A stretch of DNA of 25,094 bases from a virus (lineage: Duplodnaviria > Caudoviricetes), in the IMG/VR virus record IMGVR_UViG_3300030330_000417, positions 1-25,094 of that record. The stretch is one strand, 5' to 3'. Positions within the stretch are counted from its first letter, which is position 1, and each line of letters opens with the position of its first letter. Shown piece by piece: positions 16,849 through 24,396 of this stretch. The position numbers and the translations under genes were made by a program. The notes beneath the pieces were generated by a model, which saw only the letters and a program-made list of their open reading frames with translations, was not told the origin of the DNA and ran no database searches.

Positions 16849-19338
16849 ATGGCTGAAATAAAAGACTTATCCGCAACAGACGCAAGCAATACCGCAAGAT
16901 TTCCTGAGTCTATGCTACCTAGTGCTGTTAACAATGGTGCTAGAGCCTTGGAAGGCATGATAGCTCGATTTAATCAGGACACCAACGGAAGCGTAACGTC
17001 AAGTGGAACAAACACAATAACATTAACTGCATCTTCGACATTGACAGCCTATGCTCAAGGTGATCGCTTTATGTTTAAAGCTGGTGGCACGAACACAGGA
17101 GCGGTTACGCTTAACGTGGATAGTGTAGGTGCGAAGGCTGTTCAAAAGAACCAAGCTGCATTAGTTGCTGGCGATATAACGCAAAATGATATTGTCCACG
17201 TTGTTTATGACGGCACACAGTTTCAAATGGTATCGCCACCAAAAGTACCAGTTGGATTTGGCACAGGTGACAGTCCTCAATTTACAGGCATTGAGCTAGG
17301 TCATGCTAGTGATACTACACTAACAAGAACAAGTGCAGGCGATGTAGATATTGAAGGCAATATTATTTATCGGGCTGGTGGGACTGATGTCCCGGTTGCT
17401 GATGGGGGTACTGGCGTATCATCGCTAACAGATGGGGGGGTATTACTAGGATCAGGCACAGGCGCAATAACAGCCATGTCTGTATTGGCAGATGGTGAAA
17501 TGATTGTTGGCGATGGTTCTGGTGACCCTGTAGCTGAGTCAGGAGCAACTTTGCGGACTTCTATAGGTTTGGGTACTGGTGACAACGTACAATTTACTAA
17601 CTGCGTTTTAACAGGCAATTTGGACGTTCAAGGCACTACGACAACTATTGACAGCACTAACACAACAATCAAAGACCCACTTATTGAGTTAAATACAGGG
17701 GCTAGTTCAAATGCGAATGATTTAGGGATAATTGCTGAACGGGGTAGCACGGGAGCCAATTCTTGTTTAATTTGGGATGAATCAGAGGACGCTTGGATTG
17801 CTGGAACTACCACCGCTACTGGGTCATCCTCTGGAAACCTTACAATAACTGCTGCACCCTTTACTTGTTCAGCACTTACAGCCACAACTATAACAGGCTC
17901 TACAAGCCTAGCCTTAGCATCTGGTGCTACTGTTACAGGCATTAACGACACAGATAATATGAGCGATGCAAGCGCAACTACCCTAGCCACAAGTGAAAGT
18001 ATCAAAGCATATAGTGACGCAAATGTAAAAGCTCCTGGTATTCAAATGACCTTTGAGACTAACACGGCAGATGCAGATCAAGGTCAGGGTAAGGTTCATG
18101 CAAATAATTCAACTTTATCAAGTGCCACAGTATTATATATTGATGACCTTGCTAACGATGGCACATCAATCAATAGCTTTATAGACACGCTTGATGATCC
18201 CACAGCACCCAACTCTGCTTTAATTTATATACAAGAGGCAGGGACAGGCACGGCAGGCGTTATCTATCAAGTAAATGGCGATGTGGTTTCGGCCAGCACA
18301 TATAGTAAAGTTCCTGTATCTCATGTGGCTACATTTGGCACTTTATCTGATGGCGATATTATAGGCGTTGTAGTGGCTTATAGCGGCAACAATGGCGCAG
18401 GAGATTTAACAGCGGCAAATAATCTATCAGATGTTGCAAGTGCAACAACATCCAGAACTAACTTAGGAGTTGGCACAGGCGATAGCCCGCAGTTCACTGG
18501 TGTAAATATAGGGCATGCCAGCGATACAACTTTAACTCGCGCAAGCGCAGGAGATTTAGCGGTAGAGGGTAATGCTATCTACCGTGCGGGTGGACAAGAT
18601 GTGCCTGTTGCTGATGGGGGTACTGGAGCCAGTAGCCTGACTGACGGGGGTATACTCCTAGGTTCTGGCACGGATGCTGTAACAGCCATGGATGCTCTAG
18701 CAAAGGGCAGTATAGTTGTAGGTGATGGGGCAACTGATCCTGTCGCACTTGCAGTAGGTGCTAACAATACTGTATTGACAGCCGATTCTTCTGAAGCATC
18801 TGGCCTAAAATGGGCTGCTGTTGGAGGTGGGGGTTATGAACTTTTATCCGCTACAACCTGTAGTGGGACTGCTAGTGTAGCTTTGGAAAGCATGGAAGCT
18901 GGGTATCACTATCGATTAATTGGCAGTAATTTAATTCCTGCGAGTAATAATAATGACCTTCACGTACAAATAGGCACTTCTGGACCAAGTTACGCAACAT
19001 CTGGTTATCAGTACATAGTTGGCGGATACTTGGGAACGTCGCACACGAAAGAAGCATCAACTTCTGCAAGCCAATTTCGTGTAGTTGGTCAAGGTGGTGG
19101 AACTGCAACGGGTGAGCAATATTTTGTTGATATACACATATTGAACCCTGCGCTTTCTACAGCCCGCACTCACCTTTACGGGAACGTGGGCGGCAAGGCC
19201 CATGATGGCAATATGATCGAGCAGAATTTTGTTGGCTTTCGATCTACGGCAGAGGCTAATACCGCCGTGAAAATATTTTTTGCTAGTACAAATATTGCCA
19301 GTGGAACGGTTTATTTTTACAGAATTGCAGATGCGTAA
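16849..19338 (+). CDS. Tail fibre / receptor-binding protein
   Basis: G/T/S/A/D-rich modular protein. N-terminal PSAVNNGARA and NTGAVTLNVD..GAK anchor motifs, VADGGTG repeats, GNLDVQGTTTTIDS..IKDPLIEL and NNLSDVASA..RTNLG fibre motifs. Followed by a chaperone. Confidence 0.9.
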   Translation: MAEIKDLSATDASNTARFPESMLPSAVNNGARALEGMIARFNQDTNGSVTSSGTNTITLTASSTLTAYAQGDRFMFKAGGTNTGAVTLNVDSVGAKAVQKNQAALVAGDITQNDIVHVVYDGTQFQMVSPPKVPVGFGTGDSPQFTGIELGHASDTTLTRTSAGDVDIEGNIIYRAGGTDVPVADGGTGVSSLTDGGVLLGSGTGAITAMSVLADGEMIVGDGSGDPVAESGATLRTSIGLGTGDNVQFTNCVLTGNLDVQGTTTTIDSTNTTIKDPLIELNTGASSNANDLGIIAERGSTGANSCLIWDESEDAWIAGTTTATGSSSGNLTITAAPFTCSALTATTITGSTSLALASGATVTGINDTDNMSDASATTLATSESIKAYSDANVKAPGIQMTFETNTADADQGQGKVHANNSTLSSATVLYIDDLANDGTSINSFIDTLDDPTAPNSALIYIQEAGTGTAGVIYQVNGDVVSASTYSKVPVSHVATFGTLSDGDIIGVVVAYSGNNGAGDLTAANNLSDVASATTSRTNLGVGTGDSPQFTGVNIGHASDTTLTRASAGDLAVEGNAIYRAGGQDVPVADGGTGASSLTDGGILLGSGTDAVTAMDALAKGSIVVGDGATDPVALAVGANNTVLTADSSEASGLKWAAVGGGGYELLSATTCSGTASVALESMEAGYHYRLIGSNLIPASNNNDLHVQIGTSGPSYATSGYQYIVGGYLGTSHTKEASTSASQFRVVGQGGGTATGEQYFVDIHILNPALSTARTHLYGNVGGKAHDGNMIEQNFVGFRSTAEANTAVKIFFASTNIASGTVYFYRIADA
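17254..18747 (+). repeat. Two 282-nt (94-aa) copies of a fibre module at 17254-17535 and 18466-18747
   Basis: Ungapped alignment by hand gives 72/94 identical residues, with many synonymous third-position differences. Confidence 0.9.
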
Positions 19339-19347
19339 GGAGTTGGC

Positions 19348-19653
19348 ATGGCAAATGATAAAAAAGTTGTAAATGGCGTTGAAGTAGAATTAACAGATGC
19401 AGAACAAGCCGCTCGTGACGCGGAGATAAAATCGTATAATGATTCTGCCCACACAAGAGCGTGGGTTTCACTTCGCACAAAAAGAAACGAACTTCTAGCT
19501 GAATGCGACTGGACAGTTGCAAGCGATACTGCGTTGTCTGACAGTAAGAAAACTGAGTGGATTAATTATCGTAAATTGTTACGCGATTTTCCTGCAACGC
19601 TTAATGATACTACAGTTAAAGGCACAATTACGTGGCCTACAAAACCAAGTTAA
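19348..19653 (+). CDS. Tail fibre assembly chaperone
   Basis: AAGGAG SD. LR.KRN.LL.ECDWT...D......W..YR..LRD.P......WP.KP signature, immediately after the fibre. Confidence 0.85.
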   Translation: MANDKKVVNGVEVELTDAEQAARDAEIKSYNDSAHTRAWVSLRTKRNELLAECDWTVASDTALSDSKKTEWINYRKLLRDFPATLNDTTVKGTITWPTKPS

Positions 19654-19664
19654 AGGAGATAGGC

Positions 19665-19853
19665 ATGGCAAAAAAAATGACAAAACAACAAAAGATAAAA
19701 AGGTTAAAAGCACAGAAGCCAGGATTGTATCGCAACATTAATTTAAAAAAACTAGGTGCTGGAAAAACAAAGACAACACGCAAGGTTGGCAGCAAAGGCG
19801 CACCAACAGCCTCTGCTTTCAAAAGAGCTGCCAAGACTGCTAAAAAGAGATAG
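19665..19853 (+). CDS. Small basic protein (62 aa)
   Basis: ATG 19665 follows AAGGAG and is preferred over the track's 19632 start. KPGLY.NI..K..GSKGAPTA.AFKRAAKTAKK. Very K/R-rich. Confidence 0.75.
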   Translation: MAKKMTKQQKIKRLKAQKPGLYRNINLKKLGAGKTKTTRKVGSKGAPTASAFKRAAKTAKKR

Positions 19854-19858
19854 CTCTT

Positions 19859-20152
19859 ATGGCTAAATCAAAGCCAATACGAAGGACTACGACAGGAAAA
19901 GGTGCTAACTATCGCCCAACTAAAAGTGGTGCTGGCATGACCAAAAAGGGCGTGGCAGCTTACCGCAGAGCAAATCCTGGGTCTAAACTACAAACAGCCG
20001 TAACAGGCAAAGTAAAGGCAGGGAGCAAAGCAGCCAAGCGCAGAAAATCTTATTGCGCTAGATCACTAGGTCAATTAAAAAAAAGTTCTGCTAAAACAAG
20101 AAACGATCCTAATTCAAGAATAAGGCAGGCGCGTAGACGTTGGAAGTGCTGA
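19859..20152 (+). CDS. Basic protein, DUF6321-like
   Basis: GAGMT.KGV.AYRR.NPGSKL.TAVT, RRKSYCARS.GQ and DPNSR..QARRRWKC match a family I recall from marine phages. Confidence 0.7.
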   Translation: MAKSKPIRRTTTGKGANYRPTKSGAGMTKKGVAAYRRANPGSKLQTAVTGKVKAGSKAAKRRKSYCARSLGQLKKSSAKTRNDPNSRIRQARRRWKC

Positions 20153-20153
20153 C

Positions 20154-20717
20154 ATGATTGTTGCTGAATCCCTTGCCGTATTTGCATTAGCAAAAAAAAC
20201 TATTGATGTAGTAAGCTCCGCAGTAGACACGGCTGAGTCTGCTACGTCCCTGTATCAAGGGCTTGACAAGCTGTTTCATGTTAAGGACCAAGTTGCACGG
20301 GAAGTAAACAAGCGACAGCCTAAAAAACCAAAATCAAAACTCCACAATATATTTAACAGAGTAACTAAAGAAGATGCAGACGATGATCTAAGTGTTGGTT
20401 CCGTTGCTGCTATGGTTCTTGAACAAAAGAAACTTGACCGAAAAATATTAAATTTGGGAATTCGCATAGATAATAAGTTTGGTGAAGGAACTTGGGACGA
20501 GATATTAGAAACTCGTGAGAAAATGATAGCCGAACGAAAAGAAAAAAAACGAAAAGCAAAACAGAAACAAAAACAACTTGAAGAAGAACAAGAAGAACGT
20601 TGGGAAAAAGTTTGGAGAGCTTTAATTGAGTTATTAAAACTTATTATTGTTGGGATAGCTGCTGGTGGAATTGGCTATTTAATTTGGATTAATCGTTGTA
20701 TGTCAGGAAATTGTTGA
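20154..20717 (+). CDS. Coiled-coil protein with C-terminal transmembrane helix
   Basis: K/E-rich coil followed by LLKLIIVGIAAGGIGYLIWI. Confidence 0.75.
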   Translation: MIVAESLAVFALAKKTIDVVSSAVDTAESATSLYQGLDKLFHVKDQVAREVNKRQPKKPKSKLHNIFNRVTKEDADDDLSVGSVAAMVLEQKKLDRKILNLGIRIDNKFGEGTWDEILETREKMIAERKEKKRKAKQKQKQLEEEQEERWEKVWRALIELLKLIIVGIAAGGIGYLIWINRCMSGNC

Positions 20718-20947
20718 TGAGTGACTATGAGATAGGCGTGTATAACCGCAAAGTTCGTGAAACAATACGAAATGGTGACGAATGGAATGAAGATACAGGC
20801 ATAAGCGCAGATTATGAAAACACCTTATATTTTCCTATACGAAACGCTGCTTCTATTGAAGAAGTAGAAAGGCGAGCGGCAAAATCTTTTCCACCAGAAA
20901 AGGGTTACGTTATAGATTACATTAAACTGGTTGGGCGCACACAATAA
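20717..20947 (+). CDS. Hypothetical protein (76 aa)
   Basis: ATG 20717 overlaps the previous TGA (TGATG) with AGGA upstream, and is preferred over 20696. YEIGVYN..VR...FPPEKGYVI. Confidence 0.7.
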   Translation: MSDYEIGVYNRKVRETIRNGDEWNEDTGISADYENTLYFPIRNAASIEEVERRAAKSFPPEKGYVIDYIKLVGRTQ

Positions 20948-21285
20948 TGGACGGCTCTGTTGATATTAAATTATTAGTGACACTTGGTGGCATTATTGTT
21001 TCTATGGCTGGTGCTGCTGCTGTTGCAAAAAATCAAATCCAACGTCTGACGGAAATGATTAAAGATATGGAAGGACGTATGCGTAATTTTGATGGTCGTG
21101 CTGATAAGCTAGAAAATACGCAAAGCACAACTCAGCAAAGGCTTGACGTGATTGCAAAAATGATGTCGCCTGAGACGATGGAGAGGAGAGCGAGGGAAGC
21201 AGCTACGGTCTTGGCGAGGCTCGAAGTGCTAGAGCGTACTCAGCATAAGATTGAAAATAGAGTTGGATTAAACGGAGAAAAATAA
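20947..21285 (+). CDS. N-terminal TM plus coiled-coil protein
   Basis: LLVTLGGIIVSMAGAAAVA followed by heptad helix. TAATG-coupled. Confidence 0.75.
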   Translation: MDGSVDIKLLVTLGGIIVSMAGAAAVAKNQIQRLTEMIKDMEGRMRNFDGRADKLENTQSTTQQRLDVIAKMMSPETMERRAREAATVLARLEVLERTQHKIENRVGLNGEK

Positions 21286-21286
21286 A

Positions 21287-21394
21287 ATGAAATTTATATT
21301 TCAGAATAAATTTATGAGAGAGGTAGCTTCATGGATCAGCACATTAGATGCTTGGCTGTGGCGAAAATGTTGGAGTTCTAAAAAAAGAAAATGA
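21287..21394 (+). CDS. 35-aa cationic Trp-rich peptide (not in ORF track)
   Basis: GGAG SD. MKFIFQNKFMREVASWISTLDAWLWRKCWSSKKRK. Fills the gap exactly and its stop overlaps the next ATG (ATGA). Confidence 0.65.
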   Translation: MKFIFQNKFMREVASWISTLDAWLWRKCWSSKKRK

Positions 21395-21696
21395 AAAAAC
21401 TTTTTCTATTGTTATTTCTTGTTGGTTGTCAAACTACTGACAAAACGATAGAGACAGCAAATCCATTGATATTGCGTTGTGACGATGCAGAAGAACTCAG
21501 CACATACTTGGAAACTAAATATAAAGAAGTGCCACAATATGCTGGCATACTTAATCAATACAATACAGTCATGATCTTATATGTAAGCAAAAATCAAACA
21601 TGGACAATTGTACACACTTTAGGAGGGAAGGCTTGCATAGTAAGCTCTGGAACTAATTGGAACAAAGTGAATTGGCAAGAGTATAAAAAAATATGA
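21391..21696 (+). CDS. Putative lipoprotein
   Basis: MKKLFLLLFLVG-C signal peptide II with lipobox. Two further Cys could form a disulfide. Confidence 0.75.
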   Translation: MKKLFLLLFLVGCQTTDKTIETANPLILRCDDAEELSTYLETKYKEVPQYAGILNQYNTVMILYVSKNQTWTIVHTLGGKACIVSSGTNWNKVNWQEYKKI

Positions 21697-22052
21697 AAGT
21701 AAGCTCAGAAACCAGCGTATCCATGCCTATTAAAAATATGCTCGCTATTCTCTTTGCATTTTGTGCAGGCATTTTTGGCTATACGGAGTTGACATCAAGA
21801 CTAACAAGTTTAGAAACTAGCCGTGAGCTGATGTTAAATGATTTGCTAAAGGCTTCAGATCAGAAACCTATCGATCAAGAGCAATTTCTAATTCAAGAAA
21901 GTCTTGCTAGTGATTTAGAAAAAACAATCATCCGAGTGGACGAAATGATGCACAACGGAGTGAACATAGAAAGAATGATGAAAGATATTAATAGACTGCG
22001 AAATGACGTTGAAATGCTAAAAGACAAGCTAAGAGAATCTAATGAACATTGA
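21693..22052 (+). CDS. TM plus coiled-coil protein
   Basis: MLAILFAFCAGIFGY hydrophobic segment then coiled coil. ATGA-coupled. Confidence 0.7.
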   Translation: MKVSSETSVSMPIKNMLAILFAFCAGIFGYTELTSRLTSLETSRELMLNDLLKASDQKPIDQEQFLIQESLASDLEKTIIRVDEMMHNGVNIERMMKDINRLRNDVEMLKDKLRESNEH

Positions 22053-22260
22053 ATTGGTGATAGCTCTTCTGCTTATAGTAAACAACCAGATTACAGAGCA
22101 TCGAATCCAGCCGTCTATGTCTGCCTGCCTAAAGGGTAAAAGGATTGCAATGAGACAGATAAAATCAAGTAGCAATACACGCTTTGAATGTTTAAAATCT
22201 AAAGCAGAATTAGAATTATATATGGGTGAAAAACATATTGTGAAGCTCATTTTAAAATAG
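22042..22260 (+). CDS. Small protein with hydrophobic N-terminus and Cys pair
   Basis: IELVIALLLIV...QPSMSACLKGKR.....FECL. Overlaps the previous gene by 11 nt. Confidence 0.7.
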   Translation: MNIELVIALLLIVNNQITEHRIQPSMSACLKGKRIAMRQIKSSSNTRFECLKSKAELELYMGEKHIVKLILK

Positions 22261-22268
22261 GAGTTATT

Positions 22269-22715
22269 ATGCTTAGTTTACTAGGATCACTAATGGGGTT
22301 TGGTACTTCTTTTCTCCCAAAGGTAATGGACTACTTCCAAGACAAACAAGACAAGGCACATGAACTGCGCTTGATGGACAAGCAACTAGAAAACCAGAAG
22401 GTGCTTGGAGCGCAGAAGTTACAAATGACGCACGTAGAAGCAGACATTCGTGAAAGCGAAGCGTTACTTAAACATGATGCAAAGCTACAAAATAAAGCAA
22501 GCCCTTGGGTTGTTAATCTAGCTGCTTCTGTGCGTCCAGTAGTGACATATTTACTGTTCCTTGAAATATTTGTTTTAACTTTTGCTGTGCAGTTTGATTG
22601 GATGGATCAGGAACAGTATCAACTTATCTGGAACAATGAGATGCAAGCTGTTTGGGCTGGCATTGTCTCATTCTGGTTTGGAAGCCGTACTATGGCTAGG
22701 AAACAGCAAACGTGA
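22269..22715 (+). CDS. Putative holin (GTA 3TM-holin-like)
   Basis: AGGAG SD. W...L..SVRPVVTY, TM segments and IVSFWFGSR C-terminal motif. Directly before, and GTGA-coupled to, the lysozyme. Confidence 0.7.
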   Translation: MLSLLGSLMGFGTSFLPKVMDYFQDKQDKAHELRLMDKQLENQKVLGAQKLQMTHVEADIRESEALLKHDAKLQNKASPWVVNLAASVRPVVTYLLFLEIFVLTFAVQFDWMDQEQYQLIWNNEMQAVWAGIVSFWFGSRTMARKQQT

Positions 22716-23161
22716 ACATCAACAAGGCTGGTTTGGAAATAATTAAGTCTTTTGAGGGTTGGTCTTCTGATCCGTATCTTTGCCCAGCTAATAGGTGGAC
22801 AATCGCCTACGGCTCAACCTGGGATATTGACGGACATCCTGTCACCGCTGACCATCCTAGCATTACGAAAGACCAAGGCGAGGCTTTGCTCCGAAAAGAA
22901 GTGCATCATATTGAAAATGCAGTTAGACGCCTTATCAAAACGCCATTAACTGTTAATCAGTTTTCTGCGCTTTGTAGCTGGGGTTTCAATGTTGGTAGTG
23001 GGAACGTACAAAATTCTACGTTAAGAATGAAGTTAAATCGTGGCGATGTTGAGGGTGCAGCAGATGAGCTTTTACGATGGAAGAAGGCTGGGGGTCGCAC
23101 TCTTGCTGGTTTAGTCAGGAGAAGGGTTGCTGAAAGGGCTTTGTTCCTCACGCCTGATTAA
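22712..23161 (+). CDS. Endolysin, GH24 phage lysozyme
   Basis: GLEIIKSFEG..PYLCPA..WTIAYG gives the catalytic triad E15-C24-T30. Also NQFSAL.SW.FNVG.G and GLVRRR.AERALF. Confidence 0.93.
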   Translation: MNINKAGLEIIKSFEGWSSDPYLCPANRWTIAYGSTWDIDGHPVTADHPSITKDQGEALLRKEVHHIENAVRRLIKTPLTVNQFSALCSWGFNVGSGNVQNSTLRMKLNRGDVEGAADELLRWKKAGGRTLAGLVRRRVAERALFLTPD

Positions 23162-23269
23162 TCTATGTAGCCACTTTGGTATTGAAAACACAGTTATGCG
23201 ATCAATGTTACTTTCGTACTCACGGCTGCCATCGTCATAAAGATACCAAACGCCAACCAGTTTTTTCAT
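23111..23269 (-). CDS. Hypothetical 52-aa protein overlapping the endolysin 3' end (not in ORF track)
   Basis: ATG directly abuts the previous TAA. MKKLVGVWYLYDDGSREYESNIDRITVFSIPKWLHRLIRREEQSPFSNPSPD. Confidence 0.5.
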   Translation of the reverse strand: MKKLVGVWYLYDDGSREYESNIDRITVFSIPKWLHRLIRREEQSPFSNPSPD

Positions 23270-23431
23270 TTAATCAACACCAAGGTTTTGCAACAGCCCT
23301 ACTTCAATACATACTGCACCATGCCCTAATGCTATCGCTGCCTTAGTGCAAATTTCTAAAGATGGATAGGTCTGGAATAGTTCAACGTAACCATCCAAAA
23401 ACATAACTAAGCTATAATATAAGTCACTCAT
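23270..23431 (-). CDS. Hypothetical 53-aa Cys-pair protein (not in ORF track)
   Basis: AAGGT SD. MSDLYYSLVMFLDGYVELFQTYPSLEICTKAAIALGHGAVCIEVGLLQNLGVD. Confidence 0.65.
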   Translation of the reverse strand: MSDLYYSLVMFLDGYVELFQTYPSLEICTKAAIALGHGAVCIEVGLLQNLGVD

Positions 23432-23478
23432 TCGTGTGCTTTACCTTCTGCACCAAATTCCAAGGAATTACGTTTTTA

Positions 23479-23700
23479 TCACTTTTTTACACAAAATATT
23501 TGTCCAACGGTTGCTTTACCATAATGAAAATCCTCGGTGTATTTTTTTAATTCGTCAAAATGTTCTGCAACGTGAATAAAACAATTTTTTTGATTGGCAA
23601 ATTGTAAGGGAACTCCATCGTAGTGAGTAATCTCTAAATTTTGAAAATCATTATTTGCTAAATCAAACCAAAAAAGTTGAATCAAAATAATATATTTCAC
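23479..23700 (-). CDS. Hypothetical 73-aa protein with hydrophobic N-terminus and Cys pair
   Basis: AGGA SD before GTG. MKYIILIQLFWF...FANQKNC.....IFCVKK. Confidence 0.7.
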   Translation of the reverse strand: MKYIILIQLFWFDLANNDFQNLEITHYDGVPLQFANQKNCFIHVAEHFDELKKYTEDFHYGKATVGQIFCVKK

Positions 23701-23711
23701 AACTTTGTCCT

Positions 23712-23746
23712 AAAAATCCCTGCTAGGCTACTTAACCTAGCAAGGA
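23712..23746 (-). terminator. Rho-independent terminator
   Basis: Minus strand UCCUUGCUAGGUU-AAGU-AGCCUAGCAGGGA-UUUUU: a 13-bp stem with 2 G-U pairs, followed by a U-tract. Confidence 0.85.
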
Positions 23747-23779
23747 ATAGTTTGCTTTGATCTGTGGGAGAAACAAATC
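23712..23779 (-). ncRNA. Candidate small RNA: anti-SD loop hairpin plus terminator
   Basis: GAUUUGU-UUCUCCC-ACAGAUC hairpin (23779-23759), 12 nt before the terminator, in the largest non-coding gap of the window. No expression evidence. Confidence 0.35.
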
Positions 23780-23800
23780 TATTAATTTTAATTTTTTTAT

Positions 23801-23989
23801 TCATAATTTTCTATAAGTTTTTTTTGTTTTTTTTGTTAAATTCCAATCTATTATATTTTTGCTATTCTTAAAAATAACATCAACAAATTGTTTTCCCTTC
23901 ATTTTTTTGGCAATCCTGCGTTCACGTTCAGTTGGATTTTTTTCATGTTTCGGCCAGCCAGCGTTGTCTTTTTTTGTGCGTATTGGCAT
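23801..23989 (-). CDS. Small basic hypothetical protein
   Basis: 62-aa K/R-rich ORF whose ATG abuts the previous TAG. Confidence 0.6.
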   Translation of the reverse strand: MPIRTKKDNAGWPKHEKNPTERERRIAKKMKGKQFVDVIFKNSKNIIDWNLTKKTKKTYRKL

Positions 23990-24133
23990 CTATTGGCTCT
24001 TTACAATAAATACTTCTTGGTAAGGGTCACGGTTTTTTACTCGCTTGCGCTTTGCATAAGCTGCAAATTCTAGACTAAATCCACCGTGGCAACTTAATTT
24101 GCCATTTCTTCTAACCATAACGTAATACATCAT
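23990..24133 (-). CDS. Hypothetical 47-aa protein (not in ORF track)
   Basis: AAGGAG SD. MMYYVMVRRNGKLSCHGGFSLEFAAYAKRKRVKNRDPYQEVFIVKSQ. Confidence 0.7.
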   Translation of the reverse strand: MMYYVMVRRNGKLSCHGGFSLEFAAYAKRKRVKNRDPYQEVFIVKSQ

Positions 24134-24201
24134 ACCCACTCCTTTTTATGCCTGATCCATATTCGTAGCTTGCGTGTTAATCTGTGATACAGCTTAATCA
24201 T
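24130..24201 (-). CDS. 23-aa cationic micro-protein (not in ORF track)
   Basis: ATGA overlaps at both ends, AAGGA SD. MIKLYHRLTRKLRIWIRHKKEWV. Confidence 0.55.
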   Translation of the reverse strand: MIKLYHRLTRKLRIWIRHKKEWV

Positions 24202-24389
24202 CCGTAATCCTTTCGATCGTCCTCGTTATCGTATGCCTCATTATAGGCATTGATTTGTGCCTGTGACATTTCTGACATAGGCACTCTAATACCAGTTATG
24301 CTACCGCCAATATAATAATGTGGTTCTCGCACTCGCCAATAATAGGCGTCTGCTGCCCCTCTGTCCTTTGGTGAGCCGTGTTTTTTCAT
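24198..24389 (-). CDS. Conserved phage hypothetical protein
   Basis: GAGGA SD. HGSP.DRG.ADAYY.R...PHYY matches a small-protein family I recall from aquatic phages. Confidence 0.75.
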   Translation of the reverse strand: MKKHGSPKDRGAADAYYWRVREPHYYIGGSITGIRVPMSEMSQAQINAYNEAYDNEDDRKDYG

Positions 24390-24396
24390 GCTGTCC

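Noticed and set aside
17254-18747. Fibre repeats as a DGR template/variable pair
   Set aside because: Differences are mostly synonymous third-position changes, not adenine-specific. Both copies are in-frame coding, and no reverse transcriptase is present.
16849-19338. Gly/Asp-rich fibre as an RTX toxin substrate of the acyltransferase
   Set aside because: It has no tandem GGxGxDxUx nonapeptides. The motifs are ordinary fibre repeats, and a fibre chaperone follows.
22754-22801. Cys in place of Asp in the lysozyme catalytic triad
   Set aside because: E-x8-C-x5-T is a known active GH24 variant, not a sign of inactivation or novelty.
228-23151. The many minus-strand track ORFs (and short alternate-frame plus ORFs) within the structural region
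   Set aside because: They lie wholly over well-supported plus-strand genes, have no recognisable motifs and show antisense-shadow composition.
23888-24073. Plus-strand 61-aa ORF
   Set aside because: It is antisense to a tightly coupled minus-strand operon and has no SD.
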